Part shown: in pieces, positions 37,034 to 47,567 of the stretch
Numbering within the stretch: the first letter of the stretch is position 1
Layout: each line of letters opens with the position of its first letter
Assembly: GCA_029268555.1 (NCBI GenBank)
Contig: JAQWNN010000041.1
Coordinates: 56-64,055 of the forward strand
Direction: 5' to 3'
Source of the DNA: Flavobacteriaceae bacterium
GTDB lineage: Bacteria; Bacteroidota; Bacteroidia; Flavobacteriales; Flavobacteriaceae
Length of the DNA stretch: 64,000 nt
Program-made: the position numbers and the translations under genes
The notes under the pieces: generated by a model
Told to the model about the DNA's origin: nothing
The model's database searches: none
The model's input: only the letters and a program-made list of their open reading frames with translations

Positions 37034-38071
37034 CTATTTATTTGCTAATTGACCACAAGCTGCATCGATATCCTCACCTCTAGAACGACGATAGGTGACT
37101 TGGATTTTAGAATCTATAAGAGTTTTCATATAAGCGTCAATAGTTTTTGATGGGGCTTGCTTCATTAAGTTTCCATCTATCGGATTATACTGAATTAGAT
37201 TTACCTTTGAAGGAACCTGTAAACAAAATTTTACTAAAGCCTGGATATCCAGCTTGGAGTCATTTACACCTCCCCAAACAATGTATTCAAAAGTGATTCG
37301 ATTTTTTGTGAGTGCATACCAATATTGTAAGGATTTAAGTAATTCATCTAATGGAAATTTTGTTGCGAAAGGCATGATTTTATCACGTATCTCTTGACGA
37401 GCGCTATGCAAAGATACAGCTAAGCGAAATTTCACTCCATCATCTGCCATCTTACGTATAATTTTAGGAATTCCTGAAGTAGAGACCGTAATTTTTTTGG
37501 GAGAAATCCCCAGTCCTTCTGGATCTGTTATCTTATCTATAGAGGCCAAAACATTTTTGTAATTCATCAAAGGTTCTCCCATTCCCATAAAAACAATATT
37601 TGATAAAGGTCTTTTGTAATAAGCTAAACTTTGCTGATTAATTATAACCACCTGGTCATAAATTTCGTCAGGATTAAGATTGCGTATCCTTTTCAATGAG
37701 GCTGTTGCACAAAAAGTACAGTCAAGGCTACAACCAACTTGAGATGAAACACAGGCTGTAGTTCTTCTAGCAGTGGGTATCAATACTGATTCAACAACCA
37801 ATTGATCATAAAGTTGCACAGCATTCTTAACAGTTCCATCTTTACTTTTTTGCTTAGCATGTATTTTAATATGATTTATTTGAAAATTAGCTTTCAACAA
37901 TTCACGATGCTCTAAAGGCAAATTTGTCATTGAATCAAAATCATGGACCCCTTTTTGCCATAACCATTGATAAACTTGTTTTCCTCTATAAGAGGACATA
38001 TCATGTTGCTCAAAGAATTGAATTAATTCATCTTTGGTAAGAACTCGTATATTTTTTTTAGTATTTTCCAA
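37034..38071 (-). CDS. rlmN: 23S rRNA/tRNA (adenine-C2)-methyltransferase RlmN (radical SAM)
   Basis: Radical-SAM cluster motif CSLDCTFCAT, plus NIVFMGMGEPL and the C-terminal DIDAACGQL. Confidence 0.92.
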   Translation of the reverse strand: MENTKKNIRVLTKDELIQFFEQHDMSSYRGKQVYQWLWQKGVHDFDSMTNLPLEHRELLKANFQINHIKIHAKQKSKDGTVKNAVQLYDQLVVESVLIPTARRTTACVSSQVGCSLDCTFCATASLKRIRNLNPDEIYDQVVIINQQSLAYYKRPLSNIVFMGMGEPLMNYKNVLASIDKITDPEGLGISPKKITVSTSGIPKIIRKMADDGVKFRLAVSLHSARQEIRDKIMPFATKFPLDELLKSLQYWYALTKNRITFEYIVWGGVNDSKLDIQALVKFCLQVPSKVNLIQYNPIDGNLMKQAPSKTIDAYMKTLIDSKIQVTYRRSRGEDIDAACGQLANK

Positions 38072-38079
38072 AGTCTGAA

Positions 38080-38108
38080 AATAAAAAAACCGCGTTTAGC
38101 GGTTTTTA
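38080..38108 (-). terminator. Rho-independent terminator after queA
   Basis: The minus strand reads AAAAACCGC-TAAAC-GCGGTTTTTTTATTTT, immediately after the queA stop. It lies only about 10 nt before the rlmN start. Confidence 0.7.
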
Positions 38109-38112
38109 TTTA

Positions 38113-39162
38113 CTATAAAATTAGCATGGCATCACCATAAGAGTAGAAATTGTATTTCTCTTTAATAGCAACATTATATGCATGCTTTATAAAATCTGGA
38201 TCTGCAAAAGCAGAAACCATCATCAATAAGGTAGATTTTGGTGTATGAAAATTAGTTATCATACTGTTTGCAATTGAAAATTCATAGGGGGGGAAAATAA
38301 ATTTGTGCGTCCACCCATTGTATTCGTTGAGTCGTCCAGCTGAGGAAACAGAGGTTTCCAAACCGCGCATTACCGTTGTTCCAACGGCACAAATTTTACG
38401 TCGCTCGGCTAATGCTTTATTTACCTTTTTGGAAGCAATAGTATTAATTATTAATTCCTCTGAATCCATTTTATGTTTTGATAAATCTTCCACTTCCACT
38501 GGACTAAAAGTTCCTAATCCAACATGTAAAGTTAATTCAGCCAAATCAATTCCTTTAATTTCCAAACGCTTCAACAAATGCTTTGAAAAATGAAGACCAG
38601 CTGTTGGTGCAGCAACTGCACCCTCGTGTTTTGCATAAATGGTTTGGTAGCGTTCTCGATCTTCTTCTTCTGTTTCACGATTAATGTATTTTGGAAGGGG
38701 GGTTTGTCCAAGCTCTTTAAGTTTTAATCTGAATTCTGCGTAGCTCCCGTCAAACAGAAAACGAAGTGTTCTTCCTCTCGAAGTAGTATTATCTATTACT
38801 TCGGCTACCAAGCTTTCATCTTCACCAAAGTAAAGCTTATTTCCAATTCTAATTTTACGGGCAGGATCAACCAATACATCCCACAAACGCTGTTCTTGAT
38901 TTAATTCTCTAAGTAAAAAAACTTCTATTCTAGCTCCTGTTTTTTCTTTATTTCCAAAGAGTCGGGCAGGAAAAACTTTTGTATTATTGAGTACCATTAC
39001 ATCTCCCTCCTCAAAAAAATTGATAATATCTTTAAAAGCATGGTGCTCCAGTTTTTCTTCTTTTCTATGGAGAATCATTAGTCTGGATTCATCTCTGTCT
39101 GCTGCAGGTCTTTGTGCTAAACGGGCTTTGGGGAGTTCAAATTGGAATTGAGATAATTTCAT
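38113..39162 (-). CDS. queA: S-adenosylmethionine:tRNA ribosyltransferase-isomerase
   Basis: [20 protein letters not shown]...[22 protein letters not shown] and the C-terminal YSYGDAMLI are typical of QueA. Confidence 0.93.
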   Translation of the reverse strand: MKLSQFQFELPKARLAQRPAADRDESRLMILHRKEEKLEHHAFKDIINFFEEGDVMVLNNTKVFPARLFGNKEKTGARIEVFLLRELNQEQRLWDVLVDPARKIRIGNKLYFGEDESLVAEVIDNTTSRGRTLRFLFDGSYAEFRLKLKELGQTPLPKYINRETEEEDRERYQTIYAKHEGAVAAPTAGLHFSKHLLKRLEIKGIDLAELTLHVGLGTFSPVEVEDLSKHKMDSEELIINTIASKKVNKALAERRKICAVGTTVMRGLETSVSSAGRLNEYNGWTHKFIFPPYEFSIANSMITNFHTPKSTLLMMVSAFADPDFIKHAYNVAIKEKYNFYSYGDAMLIL

Positions 39163-39223
39163 TAAATAATTTTAAACGGTAAATATACTATCTCAATATA
39201 GACCTTGTCAAGTAAATTGCTGT

Positions 39224-40447
39224 TTATATTCGGTTAATCTTAAAATTAATCTGTTCAAGGTCTTTCCAAAAGGTTGGATAAGACTTAGAAACTACTTCTA
39301 CATCTTCTATTATTAATGGCACTTTGATTGCTAGGGGAGCAAAAGCCATAGCCATTCGATGATCATTGTATGTAGGGATACTACAATTGTAAACAAAGTT
39401 TATTCCAGCAGTCAATTCTAAACTATTATTTGTCACTTTAATATTTGCTCCAAGCTTAGTTAATTCATTATAAAGAGCTTCCAAGCGGTCTGTTTCTTTA
39501 ATTTTCAGTGTATGTAACCCTGTAAGTTTACAACCTATCCCAAGTCCATAACAGCTTACAGCAATAGTTTGCGCTATATCAGGGGTATTTGTAAGATCGC
39601 AATGAAGAACCCTTGGAAGATCAATAGCTTCTTTTTTTAATTTAAGAGTTTCTTCCTCTATTGAGGATACGACACCCAATTGACTATAAATATCTCTTAA
39701 AACTCGATCTCCTTGAAGACTATCATTCTTGTAGCTGGTCAAATAAATTTCACTTTGGTCTGATAATGCCACTACGCTAAAGAAATAGGAGGCTGAACTC
39801 CAATCTGATTCAACAACTTGATTTATTATTATTGGATTTTGTTGAGGCTTAACTCTAATATTTTGATCTTTAAATTTTGTTTTTACGCCAAGGTTTTTCA
39901 ATAATGCTAGAGTCATATTTATATAGGGTAAAGAAGTTATTTTACCTTTTAACTCCAACTGAATTCCATTTTCTAAAACTGGACCAATAAGCAATAGTGC
40001 AGATATGTATTGACTACTGGTATTAGCAGGAAGAGAAACTTTTCCTCCTTTGAGTTTTTTTCCATGAATTCGTATGGGTGGAAAACCATCTTCTTTTTCG
40101 TAGCTAATAGACGCTCCAATTGCTTGAAGTGCTTCAACTAAAATTTTGATTGGTCTCTGTTGCATTCGCCTAGATCCAGTAAGCAGTACTTCCCGACCAT
40201 CTAAGTGGGCAAAATAAGCAGCTAAGAATCGCATTGCAGTTCCTGCATGATGAATGTTAACAACTTCTGAATCTGATTTTAAAGCAGACTGCATGACCAA
40301 ACTGTCATCAGATTTAGAGATATTTTCAATAGTAAGCCCAGAAAATATAGCTTGAAGCAAAAGAAGTCTGTTAGATTCACTTTTTGAGCCTGTAATACAA
40401 ATTTTACCATTGCATTCTGCATTTGGATGAGAAAGTTCAAAATTCAT
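39224..40447 (-). CDS. aroA: 3-phosphoshikimate 1-carboxyvinyltransferase (EPSP synthase)
   Basis: Motifs GSKSESNRLLLL, HAGTAMRFL, KETDRL and DHRMAMAFA. Confidence 0.92.
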   Translation of the reverse strand: MNFELSHPNAECNGKICITGSKSESNRLLLLQAIFSGLTIENISKSDDSLVMQSALKSDSEVVNIHHAGTAMRFLAAYFAHLDGREVLLTGSRRMQQRPIKILVEALQAIGASISYEKEDGFPPIRIHGKKLKGGKVSLPANTSSQYISALLLIGPVLENGIQLELKGKITSLPYINMTLALLKNLGVKTKFKDQNIRVKPQQNPIIINQVVESDWSSASYFFSVVALSDQSEIYLTSYKNDSLQGDRVLRDIYSQLGVVSSIEEETLKLKKEAIDLPRVLHCDLTNTPDIAQTIAVSCYGLGIGCKLTGLHTLKIKETDRLEALYNELTKLGANIKVTNNSLELTAGINFVYNCSIPTYNDHRMAMAFAPLAIKVPLIIEDVEVVSKSYPTFWKDLEQINFKINRI

Positions 40448-40783
40448 TTAATCCTTTAATTTTGAATTTTTTTGATGTCTTTCATGATCACGATAAGATT
40501 TAATTTTTAGTTTTTTTTCAAAAGCCTCATGAAGGTCAACCCCAGTTTGATTAGCGATACAAATTGCTACAAAAATAACATCGGCTAGTTCTTCTCCTAA
40601 ATTTTTGCTTTTATCACTTTCTTTTTCTGACTGCTCTCCATAGCGCCTTGCGATTATCCTAGCAACTTCACCTACTTCTTCTGTGAGTTGTGCCATATTA
40701 GTAAGTTCATCAAAATAACGTACTCCATGAGTTTTAATCCATTGATCAACCTTCTTTTGTGCTCCTTCTAAATCCATTTTCAA
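40448..40783 (-). CDS. MazG-like nucleotide pyrophosphohydrolase (small single-domain form)
   Basis: 111 aa with paired EExxE-type motifs (LTEEVGEVARI and LGEELADVIF). Confidence 0.8.
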   Translation of the reverse strand: MKMDLEGAQKKVDQWIKTHGVRYFDELTNMAQLTEEVGEVARIIARRYGEQSEKESDKSKNLGEELADVIFVAICIANQTGVDLHEAFEKKLKIKSYRDHERHQKNSKLKD

Positions 40784-40829
40784 AAATAACGATAAATCTT
40801 GGCATTAACATTTAAGAAATTAAAGAGAC

Positions 40830-41525
40830 TTAAAAAAAAGTGTTTAGTTCATTTAATGAATTAATAATAAGACATTTTTCATGACGCTCCTCTCCATGAG
40901 AATTAAAATGAATTGCATGCATGCCTTGGGCTAACGCACTCAAAATATCTGCCTCTAAACTATCTCCAATCATCAATGATTTTTTAGGATTAGCTTTTGT
41001 TTGATTTAATGCATGTATAAAAATTTGAGGATGGGGTTTCTTAAATCCTACTTGCTCTGCAGTAAATATAAAATCAAAATAAGATTCCAAACCTGCATTT
41101 TTAATTTTAAAATGTTGTACCTGCTCAAATCCATTTGTGATTATATGTAAATTATATTTAGATTTTAGCTTTTCTAATAAAGTGATAGTTCCGTCAAACA
41201 AATGAGAAAAACTGCTTAAATAAGTATTATAGGCTTCAGAGATTAAATTAATTTGATTATTTGTGGTCTTGAATTTAATTTGATTAAATGTATCGGCTAA
41301 ACGTTTATATCTTAGTTCTTCTTGACTAATTCTATTTTCCCTATATTTCTTCCAACAGGCTTGATTTATAGGGTTATAATACGAAATGAATTGTTTTAAA
41401 TCTATTGATAACGCCTTTTCTCTGAAAATTTTTTCAAAAGTTAGCATTGAATTTTTTTCAAAATCCCAAAGTGTATGATCTAAATCAAAAAAAATATCGG
41501 TTAAATCTTCCTTAAATTGAATCAC
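40830..41525 (-). CDS. HAD-superfamily hydrolase (YjjG-like nucleotidase family)
   Basis: HAD motif I FDLDHTLWD, motif II ITNG and motif IV IGDSLEADI. Confidence 0.85.
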   Translation of the reverse strand: MIQFKEDLTDIFFDLDHTLWDFEKNSMLTFEKIFREKALSIDLKQFISYYNPINQACWKKYRENRISQEELRYKRLADTFNQIKFKTTNNQINLISEAYNTYLSSFSHLFDGTITLLEKLKSKYNLHIITNGFEQVQHFKIKNAGLESYFDFIFTAEQVGFKKPHPQIFIHALNQTKANPKKSLMIGDSLEADILSALAQGMHAIHFNSHGEERHEKCLIINSLNELNTFF

Positions 41526-42811
41526 TTAATATAATCTTTAAATGATTTTTGCAAAGGTAATTTTTGCTTTTTTGGATTCAAAAAGCCATTAGTTACAGCT
41601 ATTGTTAATCGACTGTAAGTCAAGGGCAGGCTATTAAAAATATATTCTAAATTACTAAATACCTTGGAGCTTTTTCCTTCTCTAAGTGCTGGTTCAGAAG
41701 CTACCACTGGGTGGACTTTTAATGGAAGTTGAAATTCATTAGCTAAGTCATAAAAATAAAAGGGAGCAGATGTACTTGCCCTAAATCCAATTTTATTTGA
41801 ATATCCCATACTGTAATCATCTAAAAATTCAAAGTCTACTAAATCAGTATATATCGATGATAATTGACGAAAAGTTTTAGGAATTCGACTCATTTTCACC
41901 TGTCGATGTGTAAGTCCTTGAAAACTCTTTTTTTCTTCACTCAATCCTAGTTCTGGTTTTAAATGTGACTTTACAGAAAGTAAAAGGCCTAGTTTATAGT
42001 TGTCTCCAGTTTTTTTTATTATGGACTGAAGTCTTCGATTAAATATTGAAATAGAGTATTCATATGCTGAACTATTAGTAAAACGGAAAAATACTTTAGG
42101 CAATAAATTTGAATTTTTAAACCAAATACCCCATGAATCGAAACTATCGTATGGGTCATCTTCTAGCCTAAAAAGTACACTTAATTGATTGAAAATTTTC
42201 AAGAAATTAAGTTTCCAAATTGACTTCAAAAAAGTCTCTAATGAAATTAAAAATGAACGATGACAATACTTGAAAGCCAACGGTACATCAATTATTAATT
42301 CCTTTTTACAAACTTTTTTCTTATATGGTTGAATCTCTGTGAAATACTCACTCATAATTCCGTATAACTTAAAAACCCATAAGTCAACTAGAGGCATATC
42401 CAAAAATCCTTCTTTGAATGCCAAACTTTGACTTGGGTCAAAAAACTCAGATGATGTTTTTAATTTGAGACTCGATTCTTCATAACGGGAGAGCAAAAAA
42501 AAACTGGCTGCAAAAATATCGAAGGGTATAGGACTTTTCACGTTTGTTTTATAAAAGGCTGGTATTCCCTGCCAATCATAAACTGTTAAATCTTGATCAA
42601 TAATTCCACGTTCAAATAGAAGCGAATGAGAAGTCATATTAAATTCATCACCTAAAGGTTTATCTGTATAGCTCATTTTTGGTCCAGAGTGAGCAACAAA
42701 AACTTCCACTGCAGAAGTAAGACTAAAAGTTAACTCCAACATATTTTCAAATATATGCTTAAAGATATAAGTTATTCTCGGTGTGATTTTATGTGTATAA
42801 ACCAGTAACAT
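41522..42811 (-). CDS. Conserved hypothetical protein (possibly polysaccharide-deacetylase-related; function unknown)
   Basis: A 429-aa uninterrupted ORF in an AT-rich genome. It is co-oriented with the HAD gene and coupled to it by a 4-nt overlap. I can read no catalytic motif with confidence. Confidence 0.75.
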   Translation of the reverse strand: MLLVYTHKITPRITYIFKHIFENMLELTFSLTSAVEVFVAHSGPKMSYTDKPLGDEFNMTSHSLLFERGIIDQDLTVYDWQGIPAFYKTNVKSPIPFDIFAASFFLLSRYEESSLKLKTSSEFFDPSQSLAFKEGFLDMPLVDLWVFKLYGIMSEYFTEIQPYKKKVCKKELIIDVPLAFKYCHRSFLISLETFLKSIWKLNFLKIFNQLSVLFRLEDDPYDSFDSWGIWFKNSNLLPKVFFRFTNSSAYEYSISIFNRRLQSIIKKTGDNYKLGLLLSVKSHLKPELGLSEEKKSFQGLTHRQVKMSRIPKTFRQLSSIYTDLVDFEFLDDYSMGYSNKIGFRASTSAPFYFYDLANEFQLPLKVHPVVASEPALREGKSSKVFSNLEYIFNSLPLTYSRLTIAVTNGFLNPKKQKLPLQKSFKDYIK

Positions 42812-42889
42812 TTAATTGAGATTTTCTTGAGAAAAGTTAAATTAGTTTTTTTTTAATATAGAATTGAATTCCCAGAAAAATTAAAGTTA

Positions 42890-44248
42890 CTATAAAAAAC
42901 GTTTCCTAAGAGCTCCCCAGTTTATTCCACCAAAATTACCAGAACTCATCATTACCAAAACTACATTAGAAAAGTTCTTTTCCAATAAGATGGCTTGAAG
43001 TTGGGAAGCCTGAGTAAATACTTGTAATGAAGAATGTCCAAATCCTTGCTCAATATTCTCTTGAAGAATAGGAGCTCTGTTTTTGATTCTTAAGGTTTCA
43101 GGATCATAAAAAATAATAGCCTCATCAGCGGAATCGAGAGAATTAGCATATTGATTAATGAATGTTAGATCAAGACTACTGTAGGTGTGTAGTTCCAAAC
43201 AAACAATTATTTTTTTCAGCTCAAACTGATTCTTGATTGCCAAACTAGTTGCTTTCACCTTACTTGGTGAGTGAGCAAAATCTTTAAAAAGGAAATTATT
43301 TGTTCCTTTCGAATATAATTCTAAACGTTTTAAAGCTCCTGTAAAACTTGGCATTGCTTCATAGAAATCAGATCTATCAAGCCCCATTAATTGTGCTATC
43401 CACTGAGCTCCAGCTAAATTTCGAAGATTATGAGATCCGAAAACTAAAAGAGGGAGACTGCCCTCCTCAGTTTTAAGATAAGTTTGTTCTCCATCTATAA
43501 AATGATCTGGCAAACTATACCCTATCTTTTTGATAGGATGTTGACTAGATTCCACAAGTTTTTTAAGAATCTCATCGTCTTCGTTATAAATTAAGACTCC
43601 ACCATCTTGTATAGAGTAAATAAATTTCTCAAATTGAAATACGTAATTTTCAAACGTGGGAAATACATTGATATGATCCCATGCAATACCACTAATTAAT
43701 GCAATTTCTGGAGTGTACCATAAAAATTTTGGTTGAGGATCAGTAACTGAAGATAAATATTCATCTCCTTCTAATAGAAAAAAATCATTTTCAGCACCCA
43801 TAGACAATGTTTTTGAATTTTTAGAAGCTGGTGCTCCAACCATATAATCGATCTCTATTACGTTATACTTCAGGGCATGCAAAATCATTGCAGTTATGGT
43901 CGTTTTTCCATGACTTCCAGCTATCACTACCCGTGTTTTATTTTTTGAGAATAATGCCAAAAACTCAGGATAGGATTGAATTTTTAAATTCATTTTTTGG
44001 GCGTATTTCAATTCAGGATTTTCCTTTTTGGCATGCATTCCTAAAACAACAACATCAATATTTTCGTTTAGTTTTTCAGGAAACCATCCTAATTTTTTAG
44101 GTAATAATCCTACTGCCTGAAGTTTTGATTTTGAAGGTTCAAAAATCATGTCATCACTTCCTGTAACAATGTTACCTATCTCCTGCATTTCAATTGCCAA
44201 ACTGTGCATTGCACTTCCGCCGATGGCGATAAAATGTAAACGCTTCAT
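42890..44248 (-). CDS. mpl: UDP-N-acetylmuramate:L-alanyl-gamma-D-glutamyl-meso-DAP ligase (Mur-ligase family, Mpl-like)
   Basis: Motifs HFIAIGGSAMHSLA and GSHGKTTITA. The likely start is Met10 (44248), which avoids overlap with obg. Confidence 0.8.
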   Translation of the reverse strand: MKRLHFIAIGGSAMHSLAIEMQEIGNIVTGSDDMIFEPSKSKLQAVGLLPKKLGWFPEKLNENIDVVVLGMHAKKENPELKYAQKMNLKIQSYPEFLALFSKNKTRVVIAGSHGKTTITAMILHALKYNVIEIDYMVGAPASKNSKTLSMGAENDFFLLEGDEYLSSVTDPQPKFLWYTPEIALISGIAWDHINVFPTFENYVFQFEKFIYSIQDGGVLIYNEDDEILKKLVESSQHPIKKIGYSLPDHFIDGEQTYLKTEEGSLPLLVFGSHNLRNLAGAQWIAQLMGLDRSDFYEAMPSFTGALKRLELYSKGTNNFLFKDFAHSPSKVKATSLAIKNQFELKKIIVCLELHTYSSLDLTFINQYANSLDSADEAIIFYDPETLRIKNRAPILQENIEQGFGHSSLQVFTQASQLQAILLEKNFSNVVLVMMSSGNFGGINWGALRKRFL

Positions 44249-44253
44249 AAGAC

Positions 44254-45255
44254 TTATAAATTTAGCTGTTTCCAAAGCAAATCTTTTAACTCAGCTAATT
44301 TAAATTGGATAGCGCTAGAAATTATTAAATGCGGTATTTCTTTAAACAGGTCTTTCATCTCGAGGGTATATTCGGCAAGTAATTCTTCGTCCAATAAATC
44401 AGCTTTTGACAAGACTACAACATAATCTTTATCCATCAACTTTGGGTTGTACCTTACAAGTTCTTTTTGCAGTATATCAAAAGCTTTTTTTAAATCGTGA
44501 ACGTCAGCAGGAATAAGATAGAGTAGAATTGAATTTCGTTCAATGTGTCTTAAAAAGTAATGGCCTAAACCTTTTCCTTCGGAAGCACCCTCAATAATAC
44601 CAGGTATATCTGCCATAACAAAAGATCTGTAATCTCGATATTCTACTATACCTAAATTAGGCTTAAGGGTGGTGAATTCGTAGTCTGCTATTTTGGGCTT
44701 CGCTGCTGTTAAAACAGAAAGCAATGTAGATTTACCTGCGTTGGGAAAACCAACCAAACCCACATCTGCTAATACTTTTAGCTCCAAAGTAATAGAAATA
44801 TCTACACCATCTTTTCCAGGTTGGGCGTATCTTGGTGTCTGACGTGTTGAGGATTTAAAATGCCAGTTACCTCGCCCTCCAAGCCCTCCTTTGGCGATAA
44901 TTTCTTCTTGGCTAGCTTCTGAAATTTCAAATATGACCTCATTTGTATTGGAATTTCGAACAACTGTTCCCACAGGGACCTCAATATATAGATCTTCACC
45001 CTGAGCACCACTACTTCTGTTTTTACTGCCGTCTTCTCCATGGCCTGCGGCAAAATGCTTTTTGAATTTAAAGTAATATAGTGTCCATAAATTCTTATTA
45101 GCCCGAATCACAACATGTCCTCCTCGACCACCATCTCCCCCATCAGGACCTCCCTTTGTAATGAACTTTTCCCGATGTAAATGAATAGAGCCTTTCCCTC
45201 CTTTACCAGAGCTTAAATACAACTTGACATAATCGACAAAGTTTCCTTCTGTCAT
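44254..45255 (-). CDS. obg: GTPase Obg/CgtA
   Basis: Glycine-rich Obg fold (GGKGG...[12 protein letters not shown]). G1 motif [11 protein letters not shown] and G3 motif DIPGIIEGA. Confidence 0.93.
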   Translation of the reverse strand: MTEGNFVDYVKLYLSSGKGGKGSIHLHREKFITKGGPDGGDGGRGGHVVIRANKNLWTLYYFKFKKHFAAGHGEDGSKNRSSGAQGEDLYIEVPVGTVVRNSNTNEVIFEISEASQEEIIAKGGLGGRGNWHFKSSTRQTPRYAQPGKDGVDISITLELKVLADVGLVGFPNAGKSTLLSVLTAAKPKIADYEFTTLKPNLGIVEYRDYRSFVMADIPGIIEGASEGKGLGHYFLRHIERNSILLYLIPADVHDLKKAFDILQKELVRYNPKLMDKDYVVVLSKADLLDEELLAEYTLEMKDLFKEIPHLIISSAIQFKLAELKDLLWKQLNL

Positions 45256-45261
45256 TGAATG

Positions 45262-45834
45262 CTATAAAGTTTTGATTAGTTTAGTAAGTCGATTGGTAAT
45301 TTCATTTATAGTGCCGATTCCATTAATACTATGGAATTTATTTTGTTTGGTGTAAAAATCCCTCAATAGAGCTGTTTTCTTATTATATTCCTCGAAACGA
45401 TTTCTAATCTTTTCTTCATCTTGGTCGTCTGTTCGACCACTGCTTTTTCCACGATATAAAAGACGTTCAATTAAAATATCATCATCAGCCTCTAATGCTA
45501 TTGTAGCTGAAACTTCCATTTGTTTTTTACTTAAAAAAGTATCCAAAGCTCCTGCTTGTGACTTAGTTCTAGGGAATCCATCAAAAATAAATCCATTAGC
45601 TTGAAGATTTTGATCCACTTCGGCTTCTAGCATATCTATTGTAACTTGATCAGGAACCAAGTCCCCATGATCCATAAACGATTTAGCTAAAAGACCTAAA
45701 GAAGTTTCTCTTTTAATGTTATTTCGGAAAAGATCTCCCGTAGAAATATGAACTAAATTGTATTGTTTTTTCAAAAATAAAGCTTGTGTTCCTTTTCCGG
45801 CACCTGGCTTACCAAATAAAACTAGATTAATCAT
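45262..45834 (-). CDS. adk: Adenylate kinase (short-lid form)
   Basis: Motif MINLVLFGKPGAGKGTQA...ISTGDLFR. The listed ORF extension to 45882 precedes the conserved N-terminus. Confidence 0.92.
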   Translation of the reverse strand: MINLVLFGKPGAGKGTQALFLKKQYNLVHISTGDLFRNNIKRETSLGLLAKSFMDHGDLVPDQVTIDMLEAEVDQNLQANGFIFDGFPRTKSQAGALDTFLSKKQMEVSATIALEADDDILIERLLYRGKSSGRTDDQDEEKIRNRFEEYNKKTALLRDFYTKQNKFHSINGIGTINEITNRLTKLIKTL

Positions 45835-45920
45835 CAAAAAATATTTATGTAAAGATATCCATTTTAGATTGCTTTTTTTCATTCCAAAAAACTTATACGT
45901 ATTTTTACCAAAAGAATCTA

Positions 45921-47075
45921 ATGGGATATTTTTCCACTACAAAAACTATCGGAATCTTGGGGGGTGGGCAATTAGGTAAAATGCTTCTCAATACAACACG
46001 CCAGTGGGACATAAACACACATGTATTGGATCCCAATAATCTAGCTCCAGCTCGTATCGGTTCTAATGCATTTGTTCAAGGAGACTTGATGGATTACCAA
46101 ACGGTTATAGATTTTGGAGAAAAAGTAGATATTCTCACTATTGAAATTGAAAATGTCAACGCTAAAGCTTTAGCCTACCTCGAAAAAAAAGGTGTTCAGG
46201 TATATCCCCAAGCTGCGGTCATCGAAATCATACAAAACAAATGCCGCCAAAAAGAATTCTACAAAAAAAACTCTATCCCAACAGCTCCTTTTCAGTTGTT
46301 TGGGTCAAAAGAAACACTTAAAGATGCTATTGTAAGAGGATTGATTTCTTTTCCTTTTGTTTGGAAATCTGAATCTATGGGATACGATGGTTATGGTGTC
46401 AAAATTATACGCTCCAATCAAGATTTAGAAACCATAAACGGAGGTGGTTGTATGGCAGAAGATTTGGTTAACATTGAAAAAGAAATTGGGGTTATTGTTT
46501 GTAGAAGTGTAAGGGGGGAGACAGTAAATTATCCCAGCGTAGAAATGGAATTTCATCCCACTTCGAATCAGGTGGAATATGTACTCAGCCCAGCACGAAT
46601 ATCAAAAACCATTGAAAAAAAAGCACAGGAAATTGCACGTCAAGTCTCCATTGCATATCGACATGTAGGTCTTTTAGCTGTCGAATTGTTCTTAACTAAA
46701 GAAGGGGAAATCTGGGTAAATGAGGTAGCTCCAAGACCTCATAATAGTGGGCATTACAGTATTGAAGCCTCTTACACATCACAATTTGAACAGCACATAA
46801 GAGCTTTACTTAACCTCCCTTTAGGAAGTACAGATAATAAAGTATCTGGTGTAATGGTCAATCTAGTTGGTGCTCAAAACCACCAAGGTTTAGTACATTA
46901 CAAAAATATGGAACATGTTTTAGGAATAGAAGGAGTGTATCCACATATTTATGGTAAAAAAGAAACACGCCCTTTTCGTAAAATGGGGCACATTACCATT
47001 GTAAATAAAAATTTAGAAACTGCACGAAAAATAGCAGAGCAAGTAAAAGAAACCATTGAAGTAATATCAATATAA
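45921..47075 (+). CDS. purK: N5-carboxyaminoimidazole ribonucleotide synthase
   Basis: Motif GILGGGQLGKML and an ATP-grasp core. It sits immediately upstream of purE. Confidence 0.9.
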   Translation: MGYFSTTKTIGILGGGQLGKMLLNTTRQWDINTHVLDPNNLAPARIGSNAFVQGDLMDYQTVIDFGEKVDILTIEIENVNAKALAYLEKKGVQVYPQAAVIEIIQNKCRQKEFYKKNSIPTAPFQLFGSKETLKDAIVRGLISFPFVWKSESMGYDGYGVKIIRSNQDLETINGGGCMAEDLVNIEKEIGVIVCRSVRGETVNYPSVEMEFHPTSNQVEYVLSPARISKTIEKKAQEIARQVSIAYRHVGLLAVELFLTKEGEIWVNEVAPRPHNSGHYSIEASYTSQFEQHIRALLNLPLGSTDNKVSGVMVNLVGAQNHQGLVHYKNMEHVLGIEGVYPHIYGKKETRPFRKMGHITIVNKNLETARKIAEQVKETIEVISI

Positions 47076-47076
47076 T

Positions 47077-47562
47077 ATGGCACAGATAGGAATTATAATG
47101 GGGAGTCAATCAGACCTTCCCGTCATGGAAAAAGCAATAGAAATTTTAAAAGAGTTTGAAATTGAGACTGAAGTTGATATTGTTTCTGCGCACCGGACTC
47201 CAGATAAAATGATGGAATATGGAACTATGGCTCACCAAAGAGGAATCAAGGCCATCATTGCTGGTGCAGGGGGAGCAGCACACTTACCTGGTATGATTGC
47301 TTCCTTAACTCCTCTTCCAGTAATAGGAGTTCCAATAAAGTCAAGCAATTCAATTGACGGTTGGGATTCAGTTTTGTCTATATTGCAAATGCCAGGGGGG
47401 GTACCTGTGGCGACTGTAGCCTTAAATGGTGGTAAAAATGCGGGAATATTAGCTGCACAAATCATCGGGTCTCAAGACACAGAAGTTCTAAAGAGAGTAA
47501 TTGAGTATAAAAAAGAATTAAAGCAGAAAGTCTTAGATAGTAGTAAAAAAATCAAAAAATAA
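47077..47562 (+). CDS. purE: N5-carboxyaminoimidazole ribonucleotide mutase
   Basis: Motifs IIMGSQSDLPVM, SAHRTP and AGGAAHLPGM. Confidence 0.95.
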   Translation: MAQIGIIMGSQSDLPVMEKAIEILKEFEIETEVDIVSAHRTPDKMMEYGTMAHQRGIKAIIAGAGGAAHLPGMIASLTPLPVIGVPIKSSNSIDGWDSVLSILQMPGGVPVATVALNGGKNAGILAAQIIGSQDTEVLKRVIEYKKELKQKVLDSSKKIKK

Positions 47563-47567
47563 TCACA

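Noticed and set aside
40445-40450. The MazG-like ORF and aroA are in the same frame and separated only by TAA-ATG, so I considered a second interrupted or fused gene like pnp.
   Set aside because: Both proteins are complete by themselves. The MazG-like protein has a natural C-terminus and AroA a normal N-terminus (MNFELS...GSKSESNRLLLL). This is ordinary tight gene packing.
40448-41525. MazG-like and HAD genes as a possible toxin-antitoxin or nucleotide-depletion defence module.
   Set aside because: There is no MazE/MazF partner, nuclease, sensor or mobile-element context. The genes are embedded in a run of housekeeping genes (aroA, queA, mpl) and look like house-cleaning enzymes.
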